A DNA stretch of 64,000 nucleotides from a bacterium (GTDB lineage: Bacteria; Patescibacteriota; Minisyncoccia; Phycocordibacterales; UBA9973): NCBI GenBank assembly GCA_037127795.1, contig JBAXXQ010000002.1, positions 11 through 64,010 on the forward strand. The letters run 5' to 3'. Made by a program: the position numbers and the translations under genes. Within the stretch, counting starts at the first letter, position 1; the number at the start of each line of letters is the position of its first letter. Shown piece by piece: positions 47,601-54,653 of this stretch. A model generated the notes under the pieces. That model saw only the letters and a program-made list of their open reading frames with translations, searched no databases and was not told the origin of the DNA.

Positions 47601-48783
47601 TACGCCTACTATTACATCATCAACAGGAAGCTTGTATGCGTTTTATTCTTCAAATGGTATGAACTCGTTTACCGATACTATTTCTGCTAGTTCAGGTTCT
47701 CGTGCTGGTTCACTCCTTTCTCTTAATCAAAAATGGAATACAACAGGAAGTCCGACAGCTATACTCCTTAATGTGACAAATGGGTCTGGTGGTGCTGGAG
47801 TAGCTGGAACTAATGCTAATTTAATGGATTTGCAAATGGGAGGAACGAGCATGTTTGCTGTAGGGGCAAATGGAAATGTGGGTATCAATGGTATTCCGAC
47901 AAATCGTCTCTCTGTTATGGGTGCAAGTGGTGATACTACTGTAGTTAATATCGGTACGACCAGTGGAAACAACTGTAGCTTCTCGACAACGACTGGCTCA
48001 TGGAGTTGTGCGTCTGATATTCGTTTGAAGCATGATATCTCAGATATTTCTGCAGCAGATGCGCTTGCAAAGCTTGGTATGCTCAATCCAGTATTCTTCC
48101 GATATAATTGGCAAGCAGATAGTGAGTCTGCTATTGCTGGATTCATCGCGCAAGATTTTGAAAAAGTATTTCCAGAGCTCGTAAATACAGATCCAAATAC
48201 AGGATACAAGTCGCTCTCATATGCACCACTTATGCCGTACGTAGTAAAAGGACTCAATGATCAAGAAAAGAAAATTTCTGATATGGATATTCGTGTTTCA
48301 AAATTGGAAACAATACTCGCACTCGCAACACCTAGTACAAATTCTTTTGATGGAGTACTTGCAAGTATGAATGCAAATGTGATCGACGGGGTGGCGCATT
48401 TCAAGAGTTTGTTTGTCGATACTATACATGTAGACAAGGGTATCGAAATGAAAGATCAAACAACTGGCGCATTGTACTGTGTAGTAATCAATAATGGTGA
48501 TTGGGTAAAAAATCCTGGTCCTTGTGATACACCAGTAGTGGTGCCGCTTGCGCCAACACCTGCAGTATCTGTACCGACTACTACGACAACCCCAAATACA
48601 ATTCCGGATACACCCGTAGTAAGTCCTACTCCAAGCACAACAGATACTAGTACTCCATCAGTAACAACTACAGTTACGCCAGATCCAGCACCTAGTTCTG
48701 CTCCAGTAGTAGCCCCAACCAATACAACTGATTCTGCTCCAGCACCTACAGTAGCAGCACCTGTAACAACAACCACCCCATAA
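38656..48783 (+). CDS. Giant secreted surface and tail-fibre-like protein (3375 aa) with a signal peptide and LGYTPYN(T/A)TNP modules. It has four ~130-aa discoidin (F5/8 type C)-like modules, each followed by a conserved PLAKLHITSGS.TEKGLIVQG.ASQTANLQEWQDS block, and (V/I)G(V/I)GT.(S/T)P. fibre repeats. The C-terminus carries a peptidase S74 intramolecular chaperone domain and a Thr/Pro-rich tail.
   Basis: Signal MRANIFKKFASFILYIFVLSFVVPSTTLA. Discoidin-like blocks lie near 40680-41070, 42040-42430, 43660-44060 and 44810-45190 (AFD.N.ST.W...GWLAIDLGS.TTINKYQIQ...PK.WTLEGSTTGAWAGEQV). The chaperone domain sits at about 48000-48330 (SDIRLKHDISDI...NPVFFRYNW...GFIAQDFEKVFPELV). The PT-rich tail is at 48520-48780. 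Confidence 0.85.
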   Translation: MRANIFKKFASFILYIFVLSFVVPSTTLAITGAPSIISYQGRLTDSSGNLLGGAGTLYAFKFSIWDNSVVGAGTKLWPAANPGVDSVQVTDGVFNVRIGDTANGYPDTLNYNFQDNANVYLQIEVSSDGTTFETLGPRQQITSAGYAINAQTLQGLTPGTGANNLLQLGSNGEINLSGNGISTLGNVGLGTVSSGVWHGDPIADGYFVKTGNWEGNFGGYDSSYYLNATHLSNFQIPFDTAFATKTTDSLAEGSLNKYFTDTRARNAISVAGAPLSYDTSTGVVSIAQADSTHAGFVSAADYNTFNNKQDVLISGTNIKTINSNSLLGAGDISVATLLGYTPYNTTNPSNFISNIGGLVTPGTNVSITGSGTAIDPFVITSTNPGGTVTSFAFTNSNGFTGSVSNSGTTPTLTLALQYANSTQDGQLSATDYNTFNNKQDTLGYTPYNATNPAGYISNLNALTTTNLNEGSNLYFTNARAISALTGQNISLLNNNAGYITGVSWGGITGLLANQTDLQNALNAKQNVITLGTTAQYLRGDLSLGTFPTAVSSFTNDANYITTAGARSAISVASTPLTYNSSTGVVGINQANSTTDGFVSSTDWNTFNNKFSLPALTSGSVVFANGSTLAQDNNNYYWDSTNARLAIGGSSSGASYPSVAMTGASTPSPYVASASTFNTGFEAYRAFDNNSGTNWNNTASTGWLAIDLGSTTTINKYQIQALNSAGTVSATPKTWTLEGSTTGAWAGEQVIIDTQASQTGWTVSEIRTFTLSSAQSYRYYRINISATNGYPTIGITSFVLQNTSPIHVSPLAKLHITAGSNTEKGLIVQGAASQTANLQEWQDSAGGILSYMTPAGNIGFGYGSHTISIDAPSSNSNGSNLTIIAGATTGTGYTGGNLYLLPGATAGGGSAGSVWIGGNSSGNYQSYSNNIQGFTRVRNGGPNTNNLLALAGGSGLDNWVFSYDQTNKYAITTYASTYQAQFKTATAYTFDNNVGVGTISPSARLHSLATTEQLRLGYDTANYMSTTIGSTGNATLALTGTGTPAFTFSNPINISGALTATSITNSSLTQGSVLFAGVGGLESQDNNNYYWDSTNARLAIGGYLGGTVYPTTAMTANNLPSPYVASASSVSGGYPEYQAFDKNASTFWASLVNNPTGWIAIDLGSTTTINRYQVQATSGGGNVNPKNWTLEGSTTGAWAGEQVVLDTQTNQTGLMTGGAILTYTLSSNQSYRYYRLNVSANNGATNYLEVASFNVQNTNTTHVAPLAKLHITSGSQTEKGLIVQGYASQTANLQEWQDSTGAVKAYIDPFGQITSSSNIYATGTVTGGNGRIIMSGGLTNGANGSIYTQSGQSRSLELVVDQTAGRGMLIQTGTGYVGVGTTSPTSMLDVATNALGTTQTTTSGLALENNTAGALNAMQISPAVRMSGQGWYVNGSVSQQVDARMYVLPVQGTSANATTSIVFDAQDGSRGGFNKIADFSNQYGGTSGNLNLYDSGVIKASLFAGGNARLNLNGGIVTSRGSNIIMSTSVLNDPNTYNMGMVTSISNTLPQFSANYNATNYFTTTVGSTGNATLALTGTGTPSFTFSNPVNISGALTATNITNSSLTQGSVIFAGAGGVESQDNNNYYWDSVNNRLSIGGYLGGTVYPTSSMTTNSLPSPYVATSSGSQIGGYESFRAFDGVLSSAWAVGTTSGWLALDTGNALGTTINKYQVQASNPMGIGIGSMPKNWTIEGSTTGAWAGEQVTIDTQTNQTAWSLGEIRTYPLSTPQTYRYYRINISANNGSSSYTGIGAFNLQNTATTHVAPLAKLHITSGSQTEKGLIVQGYNSQTANLQEWQDSSGSIKAYVDSGGTFNTGATIVATGSITGGNGRVGIGAGLTSSTNGAIYSTSGKSLELVTDSTAGRGMLIQTGTGNVGIGTTSPSAKTHILGTTEQLRLGYDASNYMSTTIGSTGNATLALTGTGTPAFTFSNPINISGALTATSITNSSLTQGSVLFAGVGGLESQDNNNYYWDSSTQRLAIGGSSSGSSYPSVVMTGNSSPSPYVASASGTNYGAPWNAFDNNSSTTWKSNVLGSGWLAIDLGSVTTINKYQIQVDPVYTSNQPKTWTLEGSTTGAWGGEQVTLDTQASQTGWAVGEIRTFTLSSSQSYRYFRINVTAVSGVDNVVIASFVLQNTSPTHVSPLAKLHITAGSNIEKGLIVQGVASQTANLQEWQSSTGSILSTINSSGYLGIGTSTPRYQIELNSGTANSSLVLSDSAASSTSRGLSWTRSSDGTVFQYISATTDSGNMLLAAYHNVLFVSGSGSGVGMGLPTTNNFLSGKLHIRGESSDTSSNTYTGTNALYVENSLAQQLFSVANTGSVGIGTNTPTSLLQVTQRTTGAGTVTNTAGGTTVTGTGTQFTNTFKVGDTITIGGQTVAISAIASDTGMTTAAITNANTNAAYTLVGGNRFAVSGNGNTIVGPATYSPSNAQFFVSNSTYNNGSGVIIDTSGTYPNASTNPLIGFVGAGLTLPSSWIQAVLPYGAMQMRAYSDLQITTTNATGGGLSVNSGATFSASLGRINAAGTRTSVSGQASSFYSNVALTAAATNDILASYYINDTYVPGAFTGVTQYGIYQNNTAQNYFQGNVGVGTATPSAKLHSLSTGEQLRLGYDASNYTAFTTSSTGNLTINPSGAAVQIAGNSALIINPGNGTLGVGVSAPTAKVDIADIALAGSGSLAGSVLNIAQTWNTSGSPTAIKLAVTNTASNATSSYLLDLQANNSGGGMYSKFSVRYDGYVVAGSSISAGGAFVGLTNGQDNQPIIKNNNTAFGLWTTNSLSSSYVGYGTNITLGMNMNSTGNFGFSTTATATEKVTIADTTLAGSGSLTGSVLNLTQTWNTTGAPTAIKLNVTNTASTGTPKLLDLQVGGVSKFYVPASGSVQAPNGIVASSGFTMNGGLGIGSAFAGNGSWGNSSGSNVINGVAIYPTINLTGTYSGSAFGFSFTPTITSSTGSLYAFYSSNGMNSFTDTISASSGSRAGSLLSLNQKWNTTGSPTAILLNVTNGSGGAGVAGTNANLMDLQMGGTSMFAVGANGNVGINGIPTNRLSVMGASGDTTVVNIGTTSGNNCSFSTTTGSWSCASDIRLKHDISDISAADALAKLGMLNPVFFRYNWQADSESAIAGFIAQDFEKVFPELVNTDPNTGYKSLSYAPLMPYVVKGLNDQEKKISDMDIRVSKLETILALATPSTNSFDGVLASMNANVIDGVAHFKSLFVDTIHVDKGIEMKDQTTGALYCVVINNGDWVKNPGPCDTPVVVPLAPTPAVSVPTTTTTPNTIPDTPVVSPTPSTTDTSTPSVTTTVTPDPAPSSAPVVAPTNTTDSAPAPTVAAPVTTTTP
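41720..41931 (+). repeat. Copy 1 of a perfect 212-bp intragenic direct repeat (identical to 44486-44697)
   Basis: acatgtctactactattggtagcactggc...caataacaactactattgggatagt is identical at both positions by direct reading. A diverged third copy lies at about 43330-43545. Confidence 0.85.
44486..44697 (+). repeat. Copy 2 of the perfect 212-bp intragenic direct repeat
   Basis: See copy 1. The two copies are 2766 bp apart within the same ORF and in the same frame. Confidence 0.85.
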
Positions 48784-48784
48784 T

Positions 48785-50104
48785 ATGAAAAACGTATATA
48801 AAAAAATTCTATATATAGTAGTCTTGGGAATAGGAATTTTTTCTTATTCGCAAGTGTCTGCAACAAGTATCGTGGGATTAGATTTTTCTATTGTGAATCC
48901 GATTCTTTCTAGTGGTTTTGCGCAAATAAAATCTACCAATTTTGGGCTTGGGCAATCGTTTGGGCAAAGTGTAATAGGGAAGTCTATCTCTGCTCGATTC
49001 CAGGTGTGGAGTGGGTTCCAATACTATGCGACAGCAAAATCGTTTGTTGCGACAGCACAACCAGGAGATAGTAAAATAACGTATTCATGGACTGCGCCGC
49101 AGACATATCTGGGTGCGACTGTTGGTTCATATGAACTCGGTATAGGTACTACGCCAGGGACATATGTATTTCAAAATGTAGAAAGTGTTACTACGTTTGT
49201 AAAACCAGGACTTACCAATGGTGTGCAGTATTATGCAATCATAAAAGCAGTTTCTCCTGGTGGGGCTGTACTTTCTTTTTCTAATGTACTAATTACAAAA
49301 CCAGTAGCGGCTACTATAAATCCTGGTACTGGCGGCGGCGGTGGAGGCGGTGGAGGAGGTGGTCCTTCGAATACTGGCTCTGTTGGTAATGCAGCTATTA
49401 TTATAAAAGGTATTGCATACCCTGGTGCGCAAGTGACTATTCTCAAAGATGGTGCAGTACAAGCGGTGACTACTGCAGATATGGGGGCTTTGTTTTCTAT
49501 TACTATAAATAATCTCGTCGCAGCGCAGTATACATTTGGCGTATATGCGACAGATTCAAATGGAAAAAAATCTAGTGCGTATAGCTTCCCGATGACACTT
49601 ACTGACTCAGTGACTGCCGAGATCGACAATGTATTCCTCGCGCCAACTATTGGGGTAGATAGTAGTACGGTGAAAAAGGGTGATCCGATTGGGATTTTTG
49701 GTACTGCTGCGCCGAATGCACAGGTCAATATTTATGTGCACTCGGCGCAGCAATTCACTGAGCAGGTGAGTGCGTCAAAAGTCGGTGCATGGTTCAAGCA
49801 ATTTGATACATCATTCCTCGAGCTTGGAGATCACGTGACATTTTCTCGACAAATAAAAGGCACGCAAGTGACTGATGTCAGTCAGAGTGTCGGCTTCACG
49901 GTGGGTGATAAAACTATAAAAGAAAATACTACGTGTGGGCGCAGTGATATGAACTGCGACAAGAAGGTGAATATTACAGACTTGAGTATGCTCTTGTATT
50001 ACTGGCACAAAACACCTCCTGCAAATTCAAAAGCAGATATAAATAAAGATAAGATTGTTGACTCAAAAGATTTTTCAATATTACTATATGACTGGACAGG
50101 ATAA
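48785..50104 (+). CDS. Secreted protein with FN3/Ig-like beta domains, a poly-Gly linker and a C-terminal dockerin-like domain
   Basis: Signal anchor MKNVYKKILYIVVLGIGIFSYSQVSA. The linker is GTGGGGGGGGGGGPS. The C-terminus carries two Ca-loop/helix repeats, DMNCDKKVNITDLSMLLYYW and DINKDKIVDSKDFSILLYDW. Confidence 0.6.
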   Translation: MKNVYKKILYIVVLGIGIFSYSQVSATSIVGLDFSIVNPILSSGFAQIKSTNFGLGQSFGQSVIGKSISARFQVWSGFQYYATAKSFVATAQPGDSKITYSWTAPQTYLGATVGSYELGIGTTPGTYVFQNVESVTTFVKPGLTNGVQYYAIIKAVSPGGAVLSFSNVLITKPVAATINPGTGGGGGGGGGGGPSNTGSVGNAAIIIKGIAYPGAQVTILKDGAVQAVTTADMGALFSITINNLVAAQYTFGVYATDSNGKKSSAYSFPMTLTDSVTAEIDNVFLAPTIGVDSSTVKKGDPIGIFGTAAPNAQVNIYVHSAQQFTEQVSASKVGAWFKQFDTSFLELGDHVTFSRQIKGTQVTDVSQSVGFTVGDKTIKENTTCGRSDMNCDKKVNITDLSMLLYYWHKTPPANSKADINKDKIVDSKDFSILLYDWTG

Positions 50105-51227
50105 AAAACAAAAATTATATACCATATTTTTTTATACACTTATAGTATTTTTGTGTAGTGTATTTCGTGTACATGCTGCTGTGCTTTCTGTCGGATCAGC
50201 GCAGCAAAATATATATGTTGGCGATAGTGTCTCTATTGATTACTATATAGATACCCAAGACGCGCCAATAAATGTCGTCGATGCGACATTGCACTATGAT
50301 GCAAAAACATTACGCGTAGACAATATCTCTACTGGAAATTCTGCGGCAAGTATCTGGGCAGAAAGTCCTAGTGTGGTACGTGATGGCTTTATACATTTTG
50401 TTGCAGGGTTCCCTGATGGTATAACAGGCAACCATATATCACTCCTTCGTGTTACCTATGTAGCGCAAAGTGCTGGAAGTTCATTTCTTTCAAATACTAT
50501 ACAAAATTCGCACGTATATATAAATAATGGCGCAGGGACAGAGCAAGAGCTCTCTATGCAGCCTGTGAGTTTTATGATTCTCCCAGAAGGCGGCAAGGTC
50601 GCCACTATATCTTCTAATACAAATCCTATGCAGACTAATTGGTACAAAGATCACGATGTCAAAATTCATTTCACTATGCAAAAAGATAGTGTGTATAGTT
50701 ATAGTTTCAGTACCAATCAAGAGCTTATCCCAAGCGATACCCCAATGCAGACAAATGGTGATGTACTGTATGAGCATATTCCTGATGGAGTGTACTATTT
50801 CAAGCTTGCTATGAAGAGTGGCTCAGGATGGAGCGAAGCGGGGGTATATAGAGTACAAATAGATAGTACTAGTCCCACTATTTTGTCTGCATATATAAGT
50901 AGTGACATGTCTATATATAGTGGTAATGCATTCGTATCTTTTTCTGGGGTAGATAAAACAAGTGGTATCGCGCAATATGCAGTACGCAGTGGGTACTTTG
51001 GGTTCTATCATACAGCGACAAGTCCATACAAAATAAATCGTCCATTGTTTGGTAATTTTATTACTGTGCGTGCGCGTGATGTTGCAGGTAATACTAGTAC
51101 AGAGACAGTGTACTATCCTGCATACATTCCAAATTGGCTTGCAATAATACTGTTGTGTATACTTGTGTGTGGTTTGTTGTTGCGATACACCACACTCCGT
51201 CGTATACTTACTAAGATACAAAAATAA
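50088..51227 (+). CDS. Membrane-anchored surface protein with an N-terminal cohesin-like beta-sandwich domain and a C-terminal TM anchor
   Basis: Signal ...FLCSVFRVHA. The domain begins AVLSVGSAQQNIYVGDSVSIDYYIDTQ..INVVDATLHYDAKTLRV..ISTG, matching the cohesin start pattern. The C-terminal TM is NWLAIILLCILVCGLLL followed by RR. The start was chosen at the ATG at 50088. Confidence 0.45.
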   Translation: MTGQDKKQKLYTIFFYTLIVFLCSVFRVHAAVLSVGSAQQNIYVGDSVSIDYYIDTQDAPINVVDATLHYDAKTLRVDNISTGNSAASIWAESPSVVRDGFIHFVAGFPDGITGNHISLLRVTYVAQSAGSSFLSNTIQNSHVYINNGAGTEQELSMQPVSFMILPEGGKVATISSNTNPMQTNWYKDHDVKIHFTMQKDSVYSYSFSTNQELIPSDTPMQTNGDVLYEHIPDGVYYFKLAMKSGSGWSEAGVYRVQIDSTSPTILSAYISSDMSIYSGNAFVSFSGVDKTSGIAQYAVRSGYFGFYHTATSPYKINRPLFGNFITVRARDVAGNTSTETVYYPAYIPNWLAIILLCILVCGLLLRYTTLRRILTKIQK

Positions 51228-51230
51228 TTT

Positions 51231-51953
51231 ATGAAAAAATTTTTTACACTCATATCAATTTTCTTTTTTACTTCAGTACTTGTAGTACATGCTGCTGTTA
51301 TATCTATCGCGCCAAGTAGTAAGTCTGTTGTTGAGGGAACAACCTTTAGTGTATCTGTAGAAGTAAATACAAAAGGCCAAGCGGTAAATGCTGCAGAGAC
51401 CACGGTAAGCTTCCCATCTGATTTACTCGAAGTAGTATCTGTTGCTGGTGCAAAAACTTTTTCATTACAAACACCAGGGTCTCCTTCTCGTACAGAAAAC
51501 TCAGTTTCATTTTCTGCAGGGATACCATCTCCAGGATACAATGGTCCTCGTGGTGGAGTAGGGCGTATTACCTTTAAAGCAAAAACACCAGGTAGTGCTC
51601 GTATAACAGTTACTTCTGGAAAAGTATTGCTCAACGACGGCAATGCGACAGATGTATTTGATGGTACAACAAATGCACTTATTACTATCACTGCTGCACC
51701 AAAGAAAGAAGTACCTGTTGAGGTAGTACCAGCTCCAGAGACTCCAGCTACAGTAACACCAACAGAAACACTTCCTCCAATCACTCCAACTGTTGCGCCT
51801 GTAGTACAGACTGCACCAACTCAGACCATATCGATCAAAGTATCTGATCTCTTCACCCTTATATACGTACTTATCGGAATAATCGTTCTTCTTGCAATAT
51901 CAGTACTTATTCTTGTACTCTTGTTACTCAAAAAGAATAAGAAGATTAAATAA
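51231..51953 (+). CDS. Membrane-anchored cohesin-like domain protein with a Pro/Thr linker and a C-terminal TM anchor
   Basis: Signal ...FTSVLVVHA. The domain begins AVISIAPSSKSVVEGTTFSVSVEVNTKGQAVNAAETTVSFPSDLLEVVSVAG, paralogous to the N-domain of the preceding gene. A PT-rich linker is followed by the TM LIGIIVLLAISVLILVLLLL and KKNKK. Confidence 0.45.
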   Translation: MKKFFTLISIFFFTSVLVVHAAVISIAPSSKSVVEGTTFSVSVEVNTKGQAVNAAETTVSFPSDLLEVVSVAGAKTFSLQTPGSPSRTENSVSFSAGIPSPGYNGPRGGVGRITFKAKTPGSARITVTSGKVLLNDGNATDVFDGTTNALITITAAPKKEVPVEVVPAPETPATVTPTETLPPITPTVAPVVQTAPTQTISIKVSDLFTLIYVLIGIIVLLAISVLILVLLLLKKNKKIK

Positions 51954-51959
51954 TTAAAA

Positions 51960-51998
51960 ACCGCCCCCGTCAGCTGACGGGGGCGGTTTTTTTATAAG
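51960..51998. terminator. Bidirectional Rho-independent terminator
   Basis: Reads aaaaccgcccccgtcagctgacgggggcggttttttt. Confidence 0.65.
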
Positions 51999-52001
51999 AG
52001 A

Positions 52002-52361
52002 TTATTTTTTAATTGCATTTAGTGCGCCGATTTTTCCAAGATCCACTTTTCCAATTTGCTCTTCATCGATATTAAATATTGAAACACCAAAATATACTAC
52101 AAATGCGATAACAATAAAATCGATACCATTGTTTATAAAAGTACCGTAATGTATTGCAGCGTGTCCTACATGAAATACTTCTGTATCGAGATCGTTCACT
52201 CCACCGAGCAATCCATGCAATATCGGATTGATGATATCTACTACGAGGGAAGTGACGAATTTTGATATAGCACCACCAAGAATAAAACCGACAGCAAGGC
52301 CGACAATCCCTTGGTTTTTTATGAAATTTTTGAATCCTTTAAATTTTTTGATACCAGGCAT
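52002..52361 (-). CDS. mscL: Large-conductance mechanosensitive channel MscL
   Basis: Reads FKNFIKNQGIVGLAVGFILGGAISKFVTSLVVDIINPIL, the MscL TM1 consensus. 119 aa. Confidence 0.85.
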   Translation of the reverse strand: MPGIKKFKGFKNFIKNQGIVGLAVGFILGGAISKFVTSLVVDIINPILHGLLGGVNDLDTEVFHVGHAAIHYGTFINNGIDFIVIAFVVYFGVSIFNIDEEQIGKVDLGKIGALNAIKK

Positions 52362-52422
52362 AATTTTTATACTAGCATAGTTTTATTATATGTCTATATA
52401 TAGCCTGGTATATACTATATAT

Positions 52423-54651
52423 ATGAGCATTACAAAAACATACAAAATAAAAGGTATGCATTGTGCAAGTTGTGCAGCTATTATTACCAATAAAGTTTCA
52501 AAAATTCCTGGTGTAGAAAATATTGTTGTACAAATTGGTACAGAAAAAGCACAGCTTTCTTTTGCTGAAGATATTGTTTCATTAACCGATATAAATAATA
52601 CTATTGGAGTATTGGGGTACAGTTTTGAATCTACAGAATCCATACATGGAGAAAAAGAAAAACACTTGCACGATATGAAAATAAAAGCTGTATATAGTAC
52701 TCCTATTGCAGTATTCGTATTTTTACTTATGCTTTGGGATATTGTATCAAAAAGTTTTTCTTTTGTGCCAGCATTACCACTATCAATGATGCTTTTTAAT
52801 AGTGTCCTTTTTGTACTATCTAGTGTCACACTGTTCTGGATTGGTAGACCGTTTTTGCAAGGAGTAATAAATTTTATAAAACATAAGGTTGCAAATATGG
52901 ATACACTTATCGGTATAGGGACGAGTGTTGCGTACCTGTATAGTGTGTTGATTATGATGTTCCCGTATATGCGCACAGTGTTACACCTTCTGGAGACTAC
53001 ATATTTTGATGTAGTAATAGTAGTTATTGGTTTTGTACATTTGGGAAAATATCTAGAAGCACGATCAAAGCTTCGTACTGGAGAAGCAATAGAAAAACTT
53101 ATTGGACTTCAGGCGAAAACAGCAATAGTAATACGAAATGGTGTTGAACAAGAAATATCAGTAGAGCATGTTGTTGTAGGAGATATTTTTATTGTAAAAC
53201 CTGGAGTAAAAATTCCTGTTGATGGATTGGTTATTTCTGGAAGCTCTTCTGTAGATGAATCTATGATTACCGGAGAATCTATCCCTGTCGATAAAGGTAT
53301 CGGCAGTAGTGTTGTCGGTGCGACTATTAATAAACAAGGGAATATGCAATGTAGAGCAACAAAAGTTGGGTCTGATACAGTGCTCGCTCAAATCATAAAA
53401 ATGGTTGAAGATGCGCAAGGGTCACGTGCCCCAATACAAAAACTCGCGGATAAAATTTCTAGCGTATTTGTTCCTGTAGTACTTTTGATCGCTATTGCTA
53501 CATTACTAGTGTGGCTTGGTGTAGGAAGTTTTTTTATTGGATTTTCTAGTGCGCTTTCGTATGGGATACTTTCTTTTGTCGGAGTGCTTGTTATAGCGTG
53601 TCCGTGTGTTCTTGGTCTTGCAACACCGACTGCGATTATTGTAGGTGTCGGTAATGGTGCAGAGCATGGTATATTGATTCGCAATGCTGAAGCTTTAGAA
53701 AAATTGAGTAAAGTTACTACAGTAGTCCTAGATAAGACAGGCACTCTTACAAAAGGAAAACCTGAAGTAACAGATATTATCTCTCTTGATAGCGCGTGGA
53801 CAGAAACAGAGATTCTTCGTATAAGTGTAAGTATAGAAAAACTTTCTGAACACCCACTTGCTGATGCTATTGTTGTGAAAGCGGGAGAGCAGCATATAAA
53901 ACTCGGTAGCGTTACAAATTTTGAAGCACTTGAAGGTGTGGGAGTACAAGGTGTAATTGATGGAAAACATATTGTGATTCATAGGCCATCAAAAATTGAC
54001 GCGCAAGAAACAAAAATCAAAGAATTACAAGAACAAGGAAAAACAGTCGTTATTGTTGAGGTTGATAAAAAACAAGTTGGTCTTATCGCACTTTCTGATA
54101 CTCTCAAAGAAGAATCAAAAGAAGTAGTAAAAAAACTTCATGCAAGAAATATCAAAGTAGTAATGCTTACTGGAGACAACTATGTAGCTGCACAGTATAT
54201 TGCAAAACTCGCAGGTATCGATGAGGTGATTGCAGAAGTATTACCCGGAGAAAAAGCAGGTAAGATAAAAGAATTGCAAAAGGATGGCGCTTTTGTTGCG
54301 ATGGTGGGGGATGGTATCAACGATGCGCCGGCGCTTGTACAAGCAGATGTTGGTATTGCTATGGGTACAGGGATAGACGTTGCTATAGAGTCTTCTGGTA
54401 TCACGCTTCTTGGTGGTGATATTACAAAGGTTGTGCAGGCAATACAGCTTTCAAAAATAACCATGGCTGGTATACGACAAAATCTTTTTTGGGCTTTTAT
54501 TTTCAATATACTAGGAGTTCCTATTGCTGCTGGGGTATTATATCCAATATGGGGTATAACATTAAATCCGGTATTTGCAGGTCTTGCTATGGCGTTCTCA
54601 AGTGTTTGTGTAGTATCAAACTCATTACGAATTAAAACTAAAAAAATATAA
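52423..54651 (+). CDS. copA: Copper-translocating P1B-type ATPase (CopA-like) with an N-terminal HMA domain
   Basis: HMA motif [10 protein letters not shown], the CPC motif in a TM segment, the phosphorylation motif DKTGTLT and the [10 protein letters not shown] motif. Confidence 0.85.
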   Translation: MSITKTYKIKGMHCASCAAIITNKVSKIPGVENIVVQIGTEKAQLSFAEDIVSLTDINNTIGVLGYSFESTESIHGEKEKHLHDMKIKAVYSTPIAVFVFLLMLWDIVSKSFSFVPALPLSMMLFNSVLFVLSSVTLFWIGRPFLQGVINFIKHKVANMDTLIGIGTSVAYLYSVLIMMFPYMRTVLHLLETTYFDVVIVVIGFVHLGKYLEARSKLRTGEAIEKLIGLQAKTAIVIRNGVEQEISVEHVVVGDIFIVKPGVKIPVDGLVISGSSSVDESMITGESIPVDKGIGSSVVGATINKQGNMQCRATKVGSDTVLAQIIKMVEDAQGSRAPIQKLADKISSVFVPVVLLIAIATLLVWLGVGSFFIGFSSALSYGILSFVGVLVIACPCVLGLATPTAIIVGVGNGAEHGILIRNAEALEKLSKVTTVVLDKTGTLTKGKPEVTDIISLDSAWTETEILRISVSIEKLSEHPLADAIVVKAGEQHIKLGSVTNFEALEGVGVQGVIDGKHIVIHRPSKIDAQETKIKELQEQGKTVVIVEVDKKQVGLIALSDTLKEESKEVVKKLHARNIKVVMLTGDNYVAAQYIAKLAGIDEVIAEVLPGEKAGKIKELQKDGAFVAMVGDGINDAPALVQADVGIAMGTGIDVAIESSGITLLGGDITKVVQAIQLSKITMAGIRQNLFWAFIFNILGVPIAAGVLYPIWGITLNPVFAGLAMAFSSVCVVSNSLRIKTKKI

Positions 54652-54653
54652 TT

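Noticed and set aside
47727-48866. Minus-strand ORFs 47727-48257 and 48456-48866 (176 aa and 136 aa) inside or antisense to the giant gene
   Set aside because: They lie antisense to a clearly coding, domain-bearing + strand gene. Their composition is low-complexity (Thr/Val/Gly-rich), which mirrors the sense-strand PT-rich tail. They are treated as six-frame artefacts.
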